DNA of 64,000 nucleotides from Mustelus asterias (Eukaryota): NCBI RefSeq assembly GCF_964213995.1, contig NC_135808.1, positions 31,124,001 to 31,188,000 of the forward strand, given 5' to 3'. The notes beneath the pieces are model-generated. The model did no database searches, had not been told where the DNA came from, and was given only the letters and a program-made list of their open reading frames with translations. The position numbers were made by a program, and so were the translations under genes. This document shows positions 22,148-37,100 of this stretch, one piece after another (the first letter of the stretch is position 1; each line of letters begins with the position of its first letter).

Positions 22148-25100
22148 CTGGCACATAGAGATTGATTAATATTATATCGATAAACCTCCTAATAATTCTG
22201 TGCTTCATTGACCTGCAAACTAGTGGAGCAGGCACGGCTTCAGATGGGAAGTCCACCCATGCCCAAGTAAGGCCCAAAAGTGGCCACTTAAGGACCTTTT
22301 CCCTCCAATCCTCAACTTTCTGGCTGGTGGCTACCGGATGTCTCAGAAAAAGTTAAGAACTTTGTGACTTGAGGGGGAGGGGTGAGGATTTTGGGGGGGA
22401 TGAGGGCTGCATCTCCCTCAGAAGTCACCTTCTGAGTGGGGAGGGGAAACATCCGCCCCTCAAGGAGCAGACCTCTGGTTCTCCACACTCCACTGGCCAT
22501 CCCACAATAGAATTAACCTGGTGTTGTTAAACTTCTTACTGTGTTGATCCCACAATAGCCCAGTCACCACCCGCGTCCTCATAAACCACCAGGGAATACC
22601 CATCCCGAGACCCCTGCCACATAACTTACACTGGCTCCCTGCACTTAACCCCAGGCCTGACCTGCAGTACCTCTTCCGACCACCGCAGCGCTATGCCTGG
22701 ATGGGCTGGAGGGCTGTTGGCAAATCTGATTGGCCGTCCGCTCTCCAAAGACACGTCTTATTTCCAAATGAGGATGGAAGTACGGCCTGCTGCCATCAAT
22801 ACTAATTACAGCGTTAAAATGGCAGCGGGACTGTCGCACGGTGGGGTTCAAGCCTCTGTCAGCCAAATCTTCAGGACACAGACTTTTTATTTATTTGTGT
22901 CACAAGTAGGCTTACATTAACACGGCAATTAAGTCACTGTGGAAATCCCCGAGTCGCCACATTCCAGCGCCTGTTCGGGTACACTGAGGGAGAATTTAGC
23001 ATGGCCAATGCACCTAACCAGCTTTTGGACTGTGGGAGGAAACCAGAGCACCCAGAGGAAACCCACGCAGACACAGGGAGAATGTGCAAACTCCACACAG
23101 ACAGTGACCCAGTGCTAACCACTGTGCCACTTGATCGCTCACTCAATGAAATACTCTTTTCTGTTGCATTCTTTTGAATTTTTCCCCAAACCCCTCTCCC
23201 ACCCCAGCTTTACAAACCAGTTGCAACTCCTGCTGTGGGAAAAGTGAAACATCTTGGCCTAGTCGACATTGTAGCAGTAAAGGAAATTGTAAGAATGAGG
23301 AGTAGGAGTAAATCCTATGGTCTCACAGAGCTGATCTGTCTGTCGTTCAGTAAGGTCATTGCTGAACTTATCCACCAATCCCTCGGCAAAACGGGATTAG
23401 TATTGACACAGTGGTTCGCACTGCTGCTTCACAGCACCGGGGCCCAGGTTCGAGGGGCCAAAAAGTTCCGCCCAGCCTTGGGTCACTGTCTGTGTGGAGT
23501 TTGCACATTCTCCCCGTGTCTGCGTGGGTTTCCTCCCACATTCCAAAGACATGGAGGTTAGGTGGATTGGCCATGCTAAATGTATGGGGATAGGGAGGAT
23601 GTGGGACAAAGCTGGGTAAATGGAGTTGGGTCACCGATTGGTGACTGAACAATGAAACAGGTTCGAGGGGTGTATTCCTATTTCTGTATTCCTCAGTCTA
23701 ATGGAATGCCCAATCCTTTTGATTACCAACATTTAATAGATCCTCACCTTTAAAAAAATAAGCGTAGAATGGCTGACCATGAGAGGTGAAACCATCTGAA
23801 CCTCACTGGGGCTTCCTGCTTTGAATAATCTGGCTGAGGGAGCACACACAGGGCTGGCTCTGCTGCCCTGTCACTTGTAACTTACGATGTGGAGATGCCG
23901 GCGTTGGACTGGGGTAAACACAGTAAGAAGTTTAACAACACCAGGTTAAAGTCCAACAGGTTTATTTGGTAGCAAAAGCCACTAGCTTTCAGAGCCTTAA
24001 GCCCCTTCTTCAGGTGAGTGGGAATTCTGTTCACAAACAGGGCAGATAAAGACACGAACTCAATTTACAGAATAATGGTTGGAATGCGAATACTTACAGC
24101 TAATCAAGTCTTTAAGGTACAAACAATGTGAGTGGAGAGAGCATTAAGACAGGTTAAAGAGATGTGTATTGTCTCCAGACAGGACAGCCAGTGAGACTCT
24201 GCAGGTCCAGGCAAGCTGTGGGGATTACAGATAGTGTGACATGAATCCAATATCCCGGTTGAGGCCGTCCTCATGTGTGTGGAACTTGGCTATCAGTTTC
24301 TGCTCAGCGACTCTGCGCCGTCGTGTGTCGCGAAGGCCGCCTTGGAGAACGCTTACCCGAATATCAGAGGCCGAATGCCCGTGACCACTGAAGTGCTCCC
24401 CAACAGGAAGAGAACAGTCTTGCCTGGTGATTGTCGAGCGGTGTTCATTCATCTGTTGTCGCAGCGTCTGTATGGTTTCCCCAATGTCCCATGCCTCAGG
24501 ACATCCTTTCCTGCAGCATATCAGGTAGACAACATTGGCCGAGATGCAAGAGTAGGTACCGTGTACTTGGTGGTACACGGTACACGGTACATACTCTTGC
24601 AACTCGGCCAACGTTGTCTACCTGATATGCTGCAGGAAAGGATGTCCTGAGGCATGGGACATTGGGGAAACCATGCAAACGCTGTGACAACAGATGAATG
24701 AACACCGCTCGACAATCACAAGGCAAGACTGTTCTCTTCCTGTTGGGGAGCACTCCAGCGGTCACGGGCATTCGGCCTCTGATATTCGGGTAAGCGTTCT
24801 CCAAGGCGGCCTTCACGACACACGACGGCGCAGAGTCGCCGAGCAGAAACTGATAGCCAAGTTCCGCACACATGAGGATGGCCTCAACCGGGATATTGGG
24901 TTCATGTCACACTATCTGTAATCCCCACAGCTTGCCTGGACCTGCAGAGTCCCACTGGCTGTCCTGTCTGGAGACAATACACATCTCTTTAACCTGTCTT
25001 AATGCTCTCTCCACTCACATTGTTTGTACCTTAAAGACTTGATTAGCTGTAAGTATTCGCATTCCAACCATTATTCTGTAAATTGAGTCTGTGTCTTTAT

Positions 25101-28100
25101 CTGCCCTGTTTGTGAACAGAATTCCCACTCACCTGAAGAAGGGGCTTAAGGCTCCGAAAGCTTGTGGCTTTTGCTACCAAATAGACCTGTTGGACTTTAA
25201 CCTGGTGTTGTTAAACTTCTTACTTGTAACTTACCCCAGCGTACATCGAGGCCCTGTAAGAGGCTGGCATGCTCGATGCGACAGGAATATATCTCCCCAC
25301 CATCTTCACTGAGCTCCATCGTTTTCATCACCCGATACGTCTCGTCCTGGTTGGGGAGCGTGCCACTGGATTCAACACTGAGGACCTCCTCACCATTCTT
25401 CAACCACGTCACGTCGATAGGCCATGGGTAAAAGGCCGTCACAAGGCAGGAGAGTCTCAGCACTCGCTCGCCCTCGCTCCGGTTCGTAATATACACCTCA
25501 GGGGTGGCTGAGAAAGTGAAACAAAGACCAAAAATCACTGACCATGGAGTTTCGACAAAAGGTCATCAACCTCATAGAATCCCTACAGTACAGAAGGAGG
25601 GTATTTGGCTCTTCGAGCCTGCACCAACAACAATCCCATCCTATCCCCATAACCCCACATATTTACCCTTCTAATCCCCCCGAAACGAGGGTCAATTTAG
25701 CTTGGCCAATCAACCAAACCCGCACATCTTTGGGAGGAAACCGGAGCACCTGGAGGAAACCCACGCAGACACGGGGAGAATGTGCAGACTCCACACAGAC
25801 AGTGAAGCAAGCTGGGAATCGAACCTGGGTCCCTGGTGCTGTGAGACAGCAGTGCTAACCACTGTGCCACCGTGCCATCAACCTGAACCACTAACTCTGG
25901 CTCTTTTCTCTCCTTACAGATGCTGCCAGACCTGCTAAGATTTTCCAGCATTTTCTCTTTTGGTTTCAGATTCCAGATTCCACAGTAAAATTTGTTCTTA
26001 GCCAGTGTTTACTGTCGGCAGAACTTTTCAGCCATTCCCGCTGGCTGGTTTTCCAGTCCCAACAAAGAACAAAGAACAATACAGCACAGGAACAGGCCCT
26101 TTGGCCCTCCAAGCCCGCACCGCTCCCTGGTCCCAACTAGACCATTCTTTTGAATGCCTCCATTCCCACTCCGTTCATGTGGCTATCTAGATAAGTCTTA
26201 AACATTCCCAGTGTGCCCGACTCCACCACCTTTCCCGGCAGCGCATTCCAGGCCCCCACCACCCTCTGTGTAAAATACATCCTTCTGATATCCGTGTTCA
26301 ACCTCCCCCCCCTCACCTTGAACCTATGACCCCTCGTGAACGTCACCACCGACCTGGGAAAAAGCTTCCCACCGTTCACCCTATCTATGCCTTTCATAAT
26401 TTTATACACCTCTATTAGGTCACCCCTCATCCTCCGTCTTTCCAGTGAGAACAACCCCAGTTTACCCAATCTCTAAACTGGGGTTGTTCTCACTGGAAAG
26501 ACGGAGGATGAGGGGTTGAAGCCTTTTGAATAGCCCTACCTACTGCCACCTCCCACAAACCACATCCCGTCTCCTGCCGCAACCAGACCATAAAATTCCA
26601 CCCTCTCTTTTTCTCTCTCTCTCTGCAGATGCTGCTGAGAATTTCCTGCCTGCACCTTTTCTTTCAGATTTCCAGCATGACAGATGTTTGTTTTTGCATT
26701 AATTGTTTGTTAAATTCGTCCATGGGATGTCACTGGCTGCCCTCCATTTCAGAGGGCAATTAAGAGTCAACTACATTGCTGTGGGTCTGGAGTCACATGC
26801 AGGTCAGACAGGATAAGGATGGCAGATTTCATAGAATCCCCACAGTACAGAAGGAGGCTATTAGGCCCATTGAGTCTGTACCGACCACAATCCCACCCAG
26901 GCCCTATTCCCACAACACCACGCATTTACCCTACTAATCCCCTGACACTAGGCTCAATTTAGCATGGCCAATCCACCTAACCCTCCATCTTTGGACTGCG
27001 AGAGGAAACCAGAGCAACCGGAGGAAACCCACACAGACACGTGGAGAATGTGCAGACTCCACACAGACAGTGACCCGAGGATGGAATTGAACCTGGGACC
27101 CTAGTGCTGTGAGGCAGCAGTGCTAACCACTGTGCCACCCTTCCCATGAGTGAACTAGATGGGATTTTACAACTATCAACACTGGTTTCATGGTCATCAT
27201 GCGACTTTTAATTCCAAAATAAAATTTTTGGGATGTTTTAATTTCAGATTTTTATTGAATTCAAATGTTCCCATCTGCACTGGCAGAATTTGAACCTAGG
27301 TCTCCGAGAACTGCCCTGGGTTACTATGTCAATTAAAACACCTCCCCTTGACAAACCCTCTTATCATTCCTTCATTATTTAGTGTCCATTAACATTCTCA
27401 GTTGAAGGCAGGTGACTGATGCTCCTATCGAATCACAGAATGCCTACAGTGCAGAAGGATGCCATTCAGCCCATCAAGCCTGCACCGACAACGCAGACCC
27501 TATCCCCGTAACTCCAAATTACTCCACATATTTACCTTGCTCATACCCCTGACACTGAGAGAGAATTTAGCATGGCCAATCAACCCAATCTGCACATCTT
27601 TGGACTGTGGGAAGAAAACAGAGCACCCAGGGGAAACCCAAACAGACACGGGAAGAATGTGCAAACTCCACACAGACAGTCACTGAGGGATCCTCTGTAT
27701 GCGTAGCCCTGTTTACTTCAGTCTATGCAAAGACTTCATTTTAAGATATCTTTGCCTCGACAGAATTACATTTAAATGCTGGACTGTAGGGACTCTGCTC
27801 AGCTGAACATGAAGGCATGATGGCTTAGCTAAAAACTGACTGCATTCCTGAAAAGTAAACAATGCAGGCAAACAACAGTTCCCCATAACAGCAGCTATCA
27901 GGATTATTTTCGAGATGGAGACAGCATGCGAAAAACACTTCTTGTAACAAGATAGAGTTGAAATATATTTTGGTTTCAGAGAGTTTGTGTTCAAGTTCAG
28001 TTCAATTCAGTTCTTAGATTAGAGGGACTGGTTTAGAAGCAGTCTCCAAGTTTGCTTTTCTTTGCTTTTGTCATGTTAATTTTTTTAAGTTCTTTCCAAT

Positions 28101-31100
28101 AAAAGAATATCATTTTAAAACTCATACCAGTGCTGTCCTCTCGTCTCTTCACACAAATGAATGGACCCAACAGTCACCCAAGACCAGAATTGAACCCGGG
28201 TCCCTGGCACTGTGAGGCAGCAGTGCTAACCACTAAATGCTAACAACTAAATAAGTAAATTCAGTCCAATTCTTTCATCCCCTCACCTCACAACCTACGA
28301 ACAAGTAATGCTGTAACTGACGGCAGTGGCAGCGTCAACTTACTGCTACCCTGCCCAAGAACAGTTGGCCCCCAGAGAGGGACCTGGTATAAAACTTAGG
28401 GTGGAATTTTTCAGCCTCATCATTGCAGAAACAGGATCTGCAAATGAGGCGAACCGTTCAAAGGAAAATCCTGCTGGCGAGCAGGGCTGTAAAATTCCTG
28501 TCTGTGCCACATGGGAACCCCGGGGAGCGCTCCGTCTAGTCACCATACCTCTCCTCTGCAGAACCCCTCGCCCATACTCGAGATATATCAGTAGCCATTT
28601 CACGCAGTCCTTTTCCAACAGAGCCTTGAAGTACTTGTTCATGAAGGTGTTGGCATTCCATCTGCTCGCTAACATCTGGAACTCTGGATTGAGTGCTCTC
28701 CAGCTCGTTCTGTCCTTATTAAAAACAAACGCATCTTCCCCATCATATCCCACCTTTATAAATCCATTCGTGGTGTTATCACTGTATATTTCACAGCCAC
28801 ACATTCCCTGGACAAAGAAAATACCTGGAAATTCACAATGTGCAAAATATTTGGTCAGATTGGCAAAAATTTGTGTTTATACAGTGATTTTAACATCATA
28901 AAACACTCCAAGAACTCCTCACAGGTGCACTATCGAGCTAGATTTAACCTGGAACCACATGGGAAGATTGGGCATCATGGTGGCACAGTGGTTAGCACAA
29001 CACCAGGGACCCGGGTCTGTGAATACCTCCGCCAGCTGATCTGCAGGATCTGAGTGCATGTCTGGGTACTCCATCTGGAGGACCACGATCTGGGGTGAAA
29101 GTGGCCCTCTGTCCTACCCGAAACGGGTTGCGTCTTCGGAGCCAAGAGCTGTCAATGAGCACCTGTCGCAGACTGGCACCTTCTACGGACTACGTTCCGA
29201 GAGACACACTAACATTTTGAGCGACCCCTGCAAATGCTCAATCGGGAAAGACCACTGCCAAAGACTCCCCCACTATTGTAAAATGAGGAGCTAAAAACTC
29301 CAGGATTCCTGGATGTGTCCTTGATTTCCCATTGGTGGGAATTACTTCCATCAAAGTTGGACCATATGTTTGACATGATAATCTACATTGTATGAATATA
29401 ACTTGTAATTGTAAATGCAGCGATGCACCTCAGAGGACCACAGTATTGAAAGAAACAGAGCTAGTTAAGCACTTTACAGAATCATGAAATCATATAACCC
29501 CCACAGTGGGGAAGAGGCCATTCAGCCCATCAAGGCTGCAACAGGTCTGCACCAACTCTCTGACAGAGTATTATACCCAGACTCTCTCCATTGCCCTATC
29601 CCTGCAACCCCACACATTTATCATCTATCTAACCGACACATTGGATAATTTAGCATTGCCAATTCATCTAACTTGCACATCTCTGGATACTGAGGGACAA
29701 TTTTCATTCCACCAAACCTGCACATCTTTGGAATGTTTTACATAACGTCAAATTTGAAATGTTATCAGTGAGGTGCACAAAATAATGGAGGGATAAAGTT
29801 AGTGTGGTTAGCAAGAAACGTTTCCCCTTAGCAGAAGGGGTCAATAACCAAGCGACATTGGTTTAAGGTCAGGGGCAAGAGATTTAGAGAGGATTTGAGG
29901 AAAAACCTTTTTCACCCAGAGGATGCTGAGAATCTGGAACTCACTGTCAGAAAGGGTGTAGAGGCAGGATGCCTCAACATTTAAGAACTATTTAGATGAG
30001 CACTTGAACTGCTACAGTATACAAGGCCATGGACTAAGTGCTGGAAAATGGGATTAGAATGGATAGGTACTTGAATCCTTTCCTCTGGACACACTGTCAC
30101 CGCACTGTCTCTGTGAGGACACTTACCTGCAGCTCCACCGCGCTGTCGGTAAAATATCTCAGCGTTCCCTCTGACCAGGCCGTGGAATCCCGCCATCGTG
30201 ATCATCATGTCCGTCCAGTGATCTCTCTGGAAGGAGTCAGACATCCACTGCTGTCTGGGCACGATGCGCTCCAGGGTGCTGTCAAAATAGACTATCTGAT
30301 AGTCATCCAGCATCGCCACCAAGCTGTACTCGGGAAGCTCGGCCTGGCCAAGGTTCAGTAAGTAGTAAAATGCCAGGATGTGAAAATCTGCGGGGTCACA
30401 AGCAGGGACCAGTCTCAAAAACAATTGTGAAATAACTGGTGGTAAGAATGTCCACGGTAAATGCTACACCAGAGCATAAGAAATAGGAGCAGGAGTAGCC
30501 CACACCGGCCCTCGGATCTGCTCCACCATTCAATAAGATCAGGGCTCAGCTGCTACCGTGAGAGGCAACCTTCTTGAGACATACAGGGCAGGGATTTATA
30601 GTCTTGCTCGACTCGAGACTGGACAATCCTGCCCGCGGTCTACCAACCTTCCTATTGTCCACCCCCGGCTCGCTCCGATTCCCATGGTGGGCAGGACAGT
30701 GGAATTCCAATGACAGGATTCTCAGGGGGTTTGACAGAGTCGATGCTGAGAGGTTGTTCCTTGTGGTGAGAGATTCTAGGACCAGACGGCATAATCTCAG
30801 AGTAAGGGTCACCCATTTAAAACAGATGAGGAGGAATTTCTACCCTCAAGGGGTAGTGAATAAGTGGAATTCTTTACCACAGAGGGCTGTAGAGGTTGGA
30901 TCATTAAGAATGTCCAAGGCTGAGATGGATAGATTTTTAATAGTAAAAGAATCTAGGGTTATCAGGATAAGGCGGGAAAGTGGAGTTGAGGATTATCACA
31001 TCAGATCAGTCATAGAAACCCTACAGTGCAGAAAGAGGCCATCTGGCCCATCGAGTCTGCACCGACCACAATCGCACCCAGGCCCTACCCCCATATCCCA

Positions 31101-34100
31101 ACACATTTACCCACTAATCCCTCTAACCTACACATCTCAGGACACTAAGGGGCAATTTTAGCATGGCCAATCAACCTAACCCGCACATCTTTGGACTGTG
31201 GGAGGAAACCGGAGCACCTGGAGGAAACCCACGCAGACACGAGGAGAATGTGCAAACTCCACACAGACAGTGACCCAAGCCGGGAATTGAACCCAGGTCC
31301 CTGGAGCTGTGAAGCAACAGTGCTAACCACTGTGCTATCGTGCCGCCCTCATTGCAGGTCATGATCTCATTGCAGAGCAGACTCGATGGACCAAATGGCC
31401 TACTTCTGCTCTGACATATTATGGTGTCCAGTCCACTTCCCTGCCTCGATTCGCTTCCTAACCTGGAATCTGCCCCAGTCACTGTTGAGTGTTTGCATCG
31501 TTGAGCATCCAGAGCTCCCTGGGATGGAGAATTCCAAGGATCCCAGTCAGAAACTGTGTCCAAATTTAGATCCTGTCAATTCAGGAGCATCGAGGGCCAA
31601 CTGAAATTCTTTCCTCTGGGACAGAGAGGGCCTAACAGATCCAATAAAGAAGCCAAATCCATCAGGGGTGGGGTGGTGTTCAGCAACAGAATGAGAAGAG
31701 TCACAGGGATTTGAAACATTCCCTCTGCTTCTATCTCCACATAGGCTGCTTGACTTGCTAAATCTATGATGTGGAGATGCCGGTGTTGGACTAAACACAG
31801 TAAGAAGTCTCACAACACCAGGTTAAAGTCCAACAGGTTTATTTGGTAGCAAAACCCACTTGCTTTCAGAGCGCTGTCCCTTCGTCAGGTGAGTGGGAGT
31901 TCTGTTCACAAACAGGGCATATAAAGACACAAACTCAATTTACAAAATAATGGTTGGAATGCGAGTCTTTACAGGTAATCAAGTCTTAAAGGTATAGACA
32001 ATGTGAGTGGAAAGAGCGTTAAGCACAGGGTAAAGAGATGTGTCTTGTCTCCAGACAGGACGGTTAGTGAGATTTTGCAAGTCCAGGCAAGTTGTGGGGG
32101 TTACAGATAGTGTGACATGAACCCAAGATCCCGGTTTAGGCCGTCCTCATGTGTGTGGAACTTGGCTATCAGTCTCTGCTCAGTGACTCTGCGCTGTCGT
32201 GTGTCGTGAAGGCCGCCTTGGAGAACGCCTACCGGAAGATCAGAGGCCGAATGCCCGTGACCGCTGAAGTGTTCCCCAACAGGAAGAGAACACTCTTGCC
32301 TGGTGATTGTCGAGCGGTGTCCATTCATCCGTTGTCGCAGCGTCTGCATGGTCTCCCCAATGTACCATGCCTCGGGACATCCTTTCCTGCAGTGTATCAG
32401 GTAGACAACGTTGGCCGAGTTGCAAGAGTATGTACCGTGTACCTGGTGGATGGTGTTCTCACGTGAGATGATGGCATCCGTTTCGATGATCCGGCATGTC
32501 TTGCAGAGGTTGCTGCGGTGTCGTGGTCACTGTTCTCCTGAAGGCTGGGTTGTTTGCTGCGGACAATGGTCTGTTTGAGGTTGTGCGGTTGTTCGAAGGC
32601 AAGAAGTGGGGGTGTGGGGATAGCCTTGGCGAGATGTTCGTCTTCATCAATGACATGTTGCAGGCTCCGGAGAAGATGTCGTAGCTTCTCCGCTCCGGGG
32701 AAGTACTGGACGATGAAGGGTACACTGTCCACCGTATCCTGTGTTCGTCTTCTGAGGAAGTCGGTGCGGTTTTTCGCTGTGGCGCGTCGGAACTGTCGAT
32801 CGAGGAGTCGAGCGCTATATCCTGGTCTTATGAGGGAATCTTTCAGCGTCTGGAGGTATCTGTTGTGATCCTCCTCATCCGAGCAGATCCTGTGTATTCG
32901 GAGGGCTTGTCCGTAGGGGATGGCTTCTTTAACGTGTTTAGGGTGGAAGCTGGAGAAGTGGAGCGTCGTGAGGCTATCCGTGGACTTGCGGTACAGTGAG
33001 GTGCTGAGGTGACCGTCCTAAATGGAGATGCGTGTGTCCAAGAATGCAACCGATTCCGGAGAGTAGTCCATGGTGAGTCTGATAGTGGGATGGAACTTGT
33101 TGATGTCATCATATCGTTGTTTCAGTGATTGCTCAACATGAGTCCAAAGGAAGAAAATGTCATCGATGTATCTAATGTATAGCATCGGTTGAAGGTCCTG
33201 TGCGGTAAAGAGGTCTTGTTCGAACCTGTGCATGAAGATGTTGGCATATTGAGGTGCGAATTTGGTCCCCATGGCTGTTCCGTGTGTCTGGATGAAGAAC
33301 TGGTTGTTGAAGGTGAAGGTATCGTGGTCCAGGATGAAGCGGATGAGTTGTAAAATTGCATCTGGAAACTGGCAGTTGTCGGCATTGAGTACTGAGGCAG
33401 TTGCAGCAATGCCATCGTCATGGGGGATGCTGGTGTAGAGTGCCAAGAAATCCTTTGTGACGAGGAGTGCTCCGGTTCAACTGCTCCACGTGTGCTGCTT
33501 TTCTGTAGGAAGACTGTAGTGTCGCGACAAAAGCTGGGGGCTCTTTGTACAATGGGATTCAGGATGCCGGAGATGTTCTCGCATAGGGTCCCATTTCCTG
33601 ATACGATGGGACGGCCGGGTGTGTTTGTCTTGTGTACCTTTGGGAGGCAGTAGAGATCTCCAACGCGGGATCAACCGGGATCCTGGGTTCATGTCACACT
33701 ATCTGTAACCCCCACGACTTGCCTGGACTTGCAAAATCTCACTAAAAGTCCTGTCTGGAGACAATGCACACCTCTTTAACCTGTGCCTAACGCTCTCTCC
33801 ACTTATATTGTCTGTACCTTTATGACTTGATTACCTGTCAAGACTCGCATTCCAATCATTATTTTGTAAATTGAGTTTGTGTCTTTATATGCCCTGTTTG
33901 TGAATAGAACTCCCACTTACCTGACGAAGGGGCAGCGCTCCGAAAGCTAGTGGCTTTTGCTACCAAATAAGCTTGCTCAATTTAGCCAACGTTTTCTGTT
34001 TTCATTTCAAGTTTTCTAGCATTTACAGTATTTTGCATCTATATTAATAAGAACCAATGCTTCTTGTTGTTTGTTGAGTTGGGAACCAGACAGGCAGAGA

Positions 34101-37100
34101 TGGTGGCGCAGTGGTATTTTCATTGGTCTACTAATCCGGAGACCCAGGGTAAGGCTCCAGGGACCCAGTCTGAATTCGACGTATGGCAGATGGTGAAATA
34201 TGAATTCACTAAAAATCTAGAATTAAAAAGTCTCCTAATAATGATCAAGAAACCATTGTCGTAAAATACCATCTGGTTCACTAATGTCCCTTTTGGGGAG
34301 GGAAATCTGTCATCGTCACCCTGTTGGTCTACATGTGAATCTACATCCGCAGCAGTGTGGTTGACTCTGAAATGGCTTAGCAAGCCACAGAATTCAAGGG
34401 CAATCAGGGATGGGCAGTAAATGCTGACCTAACCAGTTACATCCATGTCCCATGAAAGATTATTTTAACAACAAAGAACAAAGAACAAAGAACAGTACAG
34501 CACAGGAAACAGGCCCTTCGGCCCTCCAAGCCTGTGCCACTCCTTGGTCCAACTAGACCAATCGTTTGTATCCCTCCATTCCCAGGCTGCTCATGTGGCT
34601 ATCCAGGTAAGTCTTAAACAATGTCAGCGTGCCTGCCTCCACCACCCTACTTGGCAGCGCATTCCAGGCCCCCACCACCCTCTGTATAAAAAACGTCCCT
34701 CTGATGTCTGAGTTATACTTCGCCCCTCTCAGCTTGAGCCCACGACCCCTCGTGATCGTCACCTCCGACCTGGGAAAAAAGCTTCCCACTGTTCACCCTA
34801 TCTATACCCTTCATAATCTTGTATACCTCTATTAGATCTCCCCTCATTCTCCGTCTTTCCAAGGAGAACAACCCCAGTCTACCCAATCTCTCCTCATAGC
34901 TAAGACCCTCCATACCAGGCAACATCCTGGTAAACCTTCTCTGCACTCTCTCCAATGCCTCCACGTCCTTCTGGTAGTGCGGCGACCAGAACTGGACGCA
35001 ATACTCCAAATGTGGCCTAACCAGCGTTCTATACAGCTGCATCATCAGACTCCAGCTTTTATACTCTATACCCCGTCCTATAAAGGCAAGCATACCATAT
35101 GCCTTCTTCACCACCTTCTCCACGTGTGTTGCCACCTTCAAGGATTTGTGGACTTGCACACCTAGGTTCCTCTGTGTTTCTATACTCCTGATGACTCTGC
35201 CATTTATTGTATAACTCCTCCCTACATTATTTCTTCCAAAATGCATCACTTCGCATTTATCCGGATTAAACTCCATCTGCCACAATCAAGGAAACAATTT
35301 TGGGTCATTTGGGATATGGAAGTTGGGGTTTTCAGACTCCTCGTGGAAGCTAGTGTCCGGTGGGGTACCAGAAGGATCTGTGCTGGCTCCCCTATTGTTC
35401 GTCATTTATACAAGCAACATAGATGGGTATGGATGGGGTAGGGTGAGTAAGTTTGCGGATTACACAAAGATTGGCCAGGTGGTTAACAGTGAGGCTGGGT
35501 TTCTTGAGTTACAAGAAGATATAGACAGGATGGTCTGATGGGCAGAAAGTGGCAGATGGAATTTAACCCTGAAAAGTGTGGCGGAATACCCTTTGGAAGG
35601 AGTAATTTAACAAGGAAGTATTCAATCACACGAGGACATTCTGTGGAACAAAAGGACCTTGGTGTGTTTGTCCATAGATCTCTGAAGGCGGAAGGGCATG
35701 TCCATAGGGCAGTGAAAAGGGCATATGGGACACTTGCCTTTAATACAAAAGCAGAAAAGTCATGTTGGAGCTGTATGGAACTTTGGTGGGGTCACAGCTG
35801 GAATACTGTGTGCTGTTTTGGTCACCACATTATCGGAAGGATGTGATTGCACTGGAGGGGGTGCAGAGGAGATTCACCAGATGCTGCCTGAGATGGGACA
35901 TTTAAGCTATAAAGAGAAGTTGGACAGGCTTGGGTTATTTTCGTTGGAGCAGAGAAGACTGAGAGGCAACCTGATCGAGGTGTACAAGATTATGAGGGGC
36001 ATGGACAGAACTGATGAGAAGCAGCTGTTTTCCCTTAGTCAAAGGGTCAGTCACGAGGTTCAAGGTGAGTGGCAGGAGATATAAGAGGGATATGAGGGTG
36101 GGTAAGAGAGTGGTGATGGTCTGGAATGTGCTGCCTGGGAGGGTAGTAGGGGTGGGTTGCCTCACATCCTTTAAAAATACCTGCATGAGCATTTGGTACA
36201 TCAGAGCATTCAAGGCTCTGGGCCAAGTGCTGGTCGATGGGATTAGGTGAGAGGTCAGGTGTTTCTCGCGTGTCGGTGCAGACTCGATGTGCCGCAAGGT
36301 CCCTTGTGCATCTTATGATTCGGTGATTCTGTGAATGGATGCCAAGAGTCCATACTTGAAAGTTCCTCACCCGTCATTTTCCTCCCACAGGTGACAATTT
36401 CCAATACGCCAAATTCAAGTTAACAACGCAATAAGCTGGTTTAGCCTCTGGCATCAGTTCAATTGTTGCAGAGTCTGCAGCTAATTCTCTCCATAATCAC
36501 ATCGGCCTTGACTCACTCAGACACTGCAATAAACCCTATGGTTTGTTCAGAAATTTACAACAAAAAGTCATTCTTGGGCCACAGCAGCAGATTGGGCAGT
36601 GCCAAAGTTCACTGTGATTTCTACAAGAAGAAGGCGGAGCCAGAGGGCAGGGTTAGAAACCACACCGGCTGCAGTGTCACCCCCGCTAGTGAAGCAGGAG
36701 GAGGTTCAGGAGGAATTTACATTTATACTGTGCCTGTCACAGCCTCTGAGTGTCCCAAAAGGCTTCGCAGCAAATGGGGTATTCCTGAAAGTGCACGGTT
36801 ACTGGTTTGTATGAAACTTCATTCATCGTGCAGAGTGGTTTGAACCCAGAGCTAAAAGTAGAGCTTTCATAGAATCCTACAGTGCAGAATGAGGCCATTT
36901 GGCCCATCGAGTCTGCATTGACCACAATGCCAACCATGCCCTATCCCCATAGCATCCCATGCATCTACCATGCATCTACCCCAGCTAGTCCCCCTGACAC
37001 TAAGGGGCAATTTAGCATGGCCAATCTACCTAACCTGCACATCTTAGGAGTGTGGGAGGAAACTGGAGCACTCGGAGGAAACCCGCGCAGACACAGGGAG

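Noticed and set aside
28326-28901. 191-aa plus-strand ORF
   Set aside because: Antisense shadow of the MHC alpha2 exon plus a small inverted-repeat element.
36366-36400. Donor-like GG|GTGAGG in MHC intron 1 as an alternative leader exon
   Set aside because: The upstream frame is not hydrophobic, and the exon at 39691-39742 fits much better.
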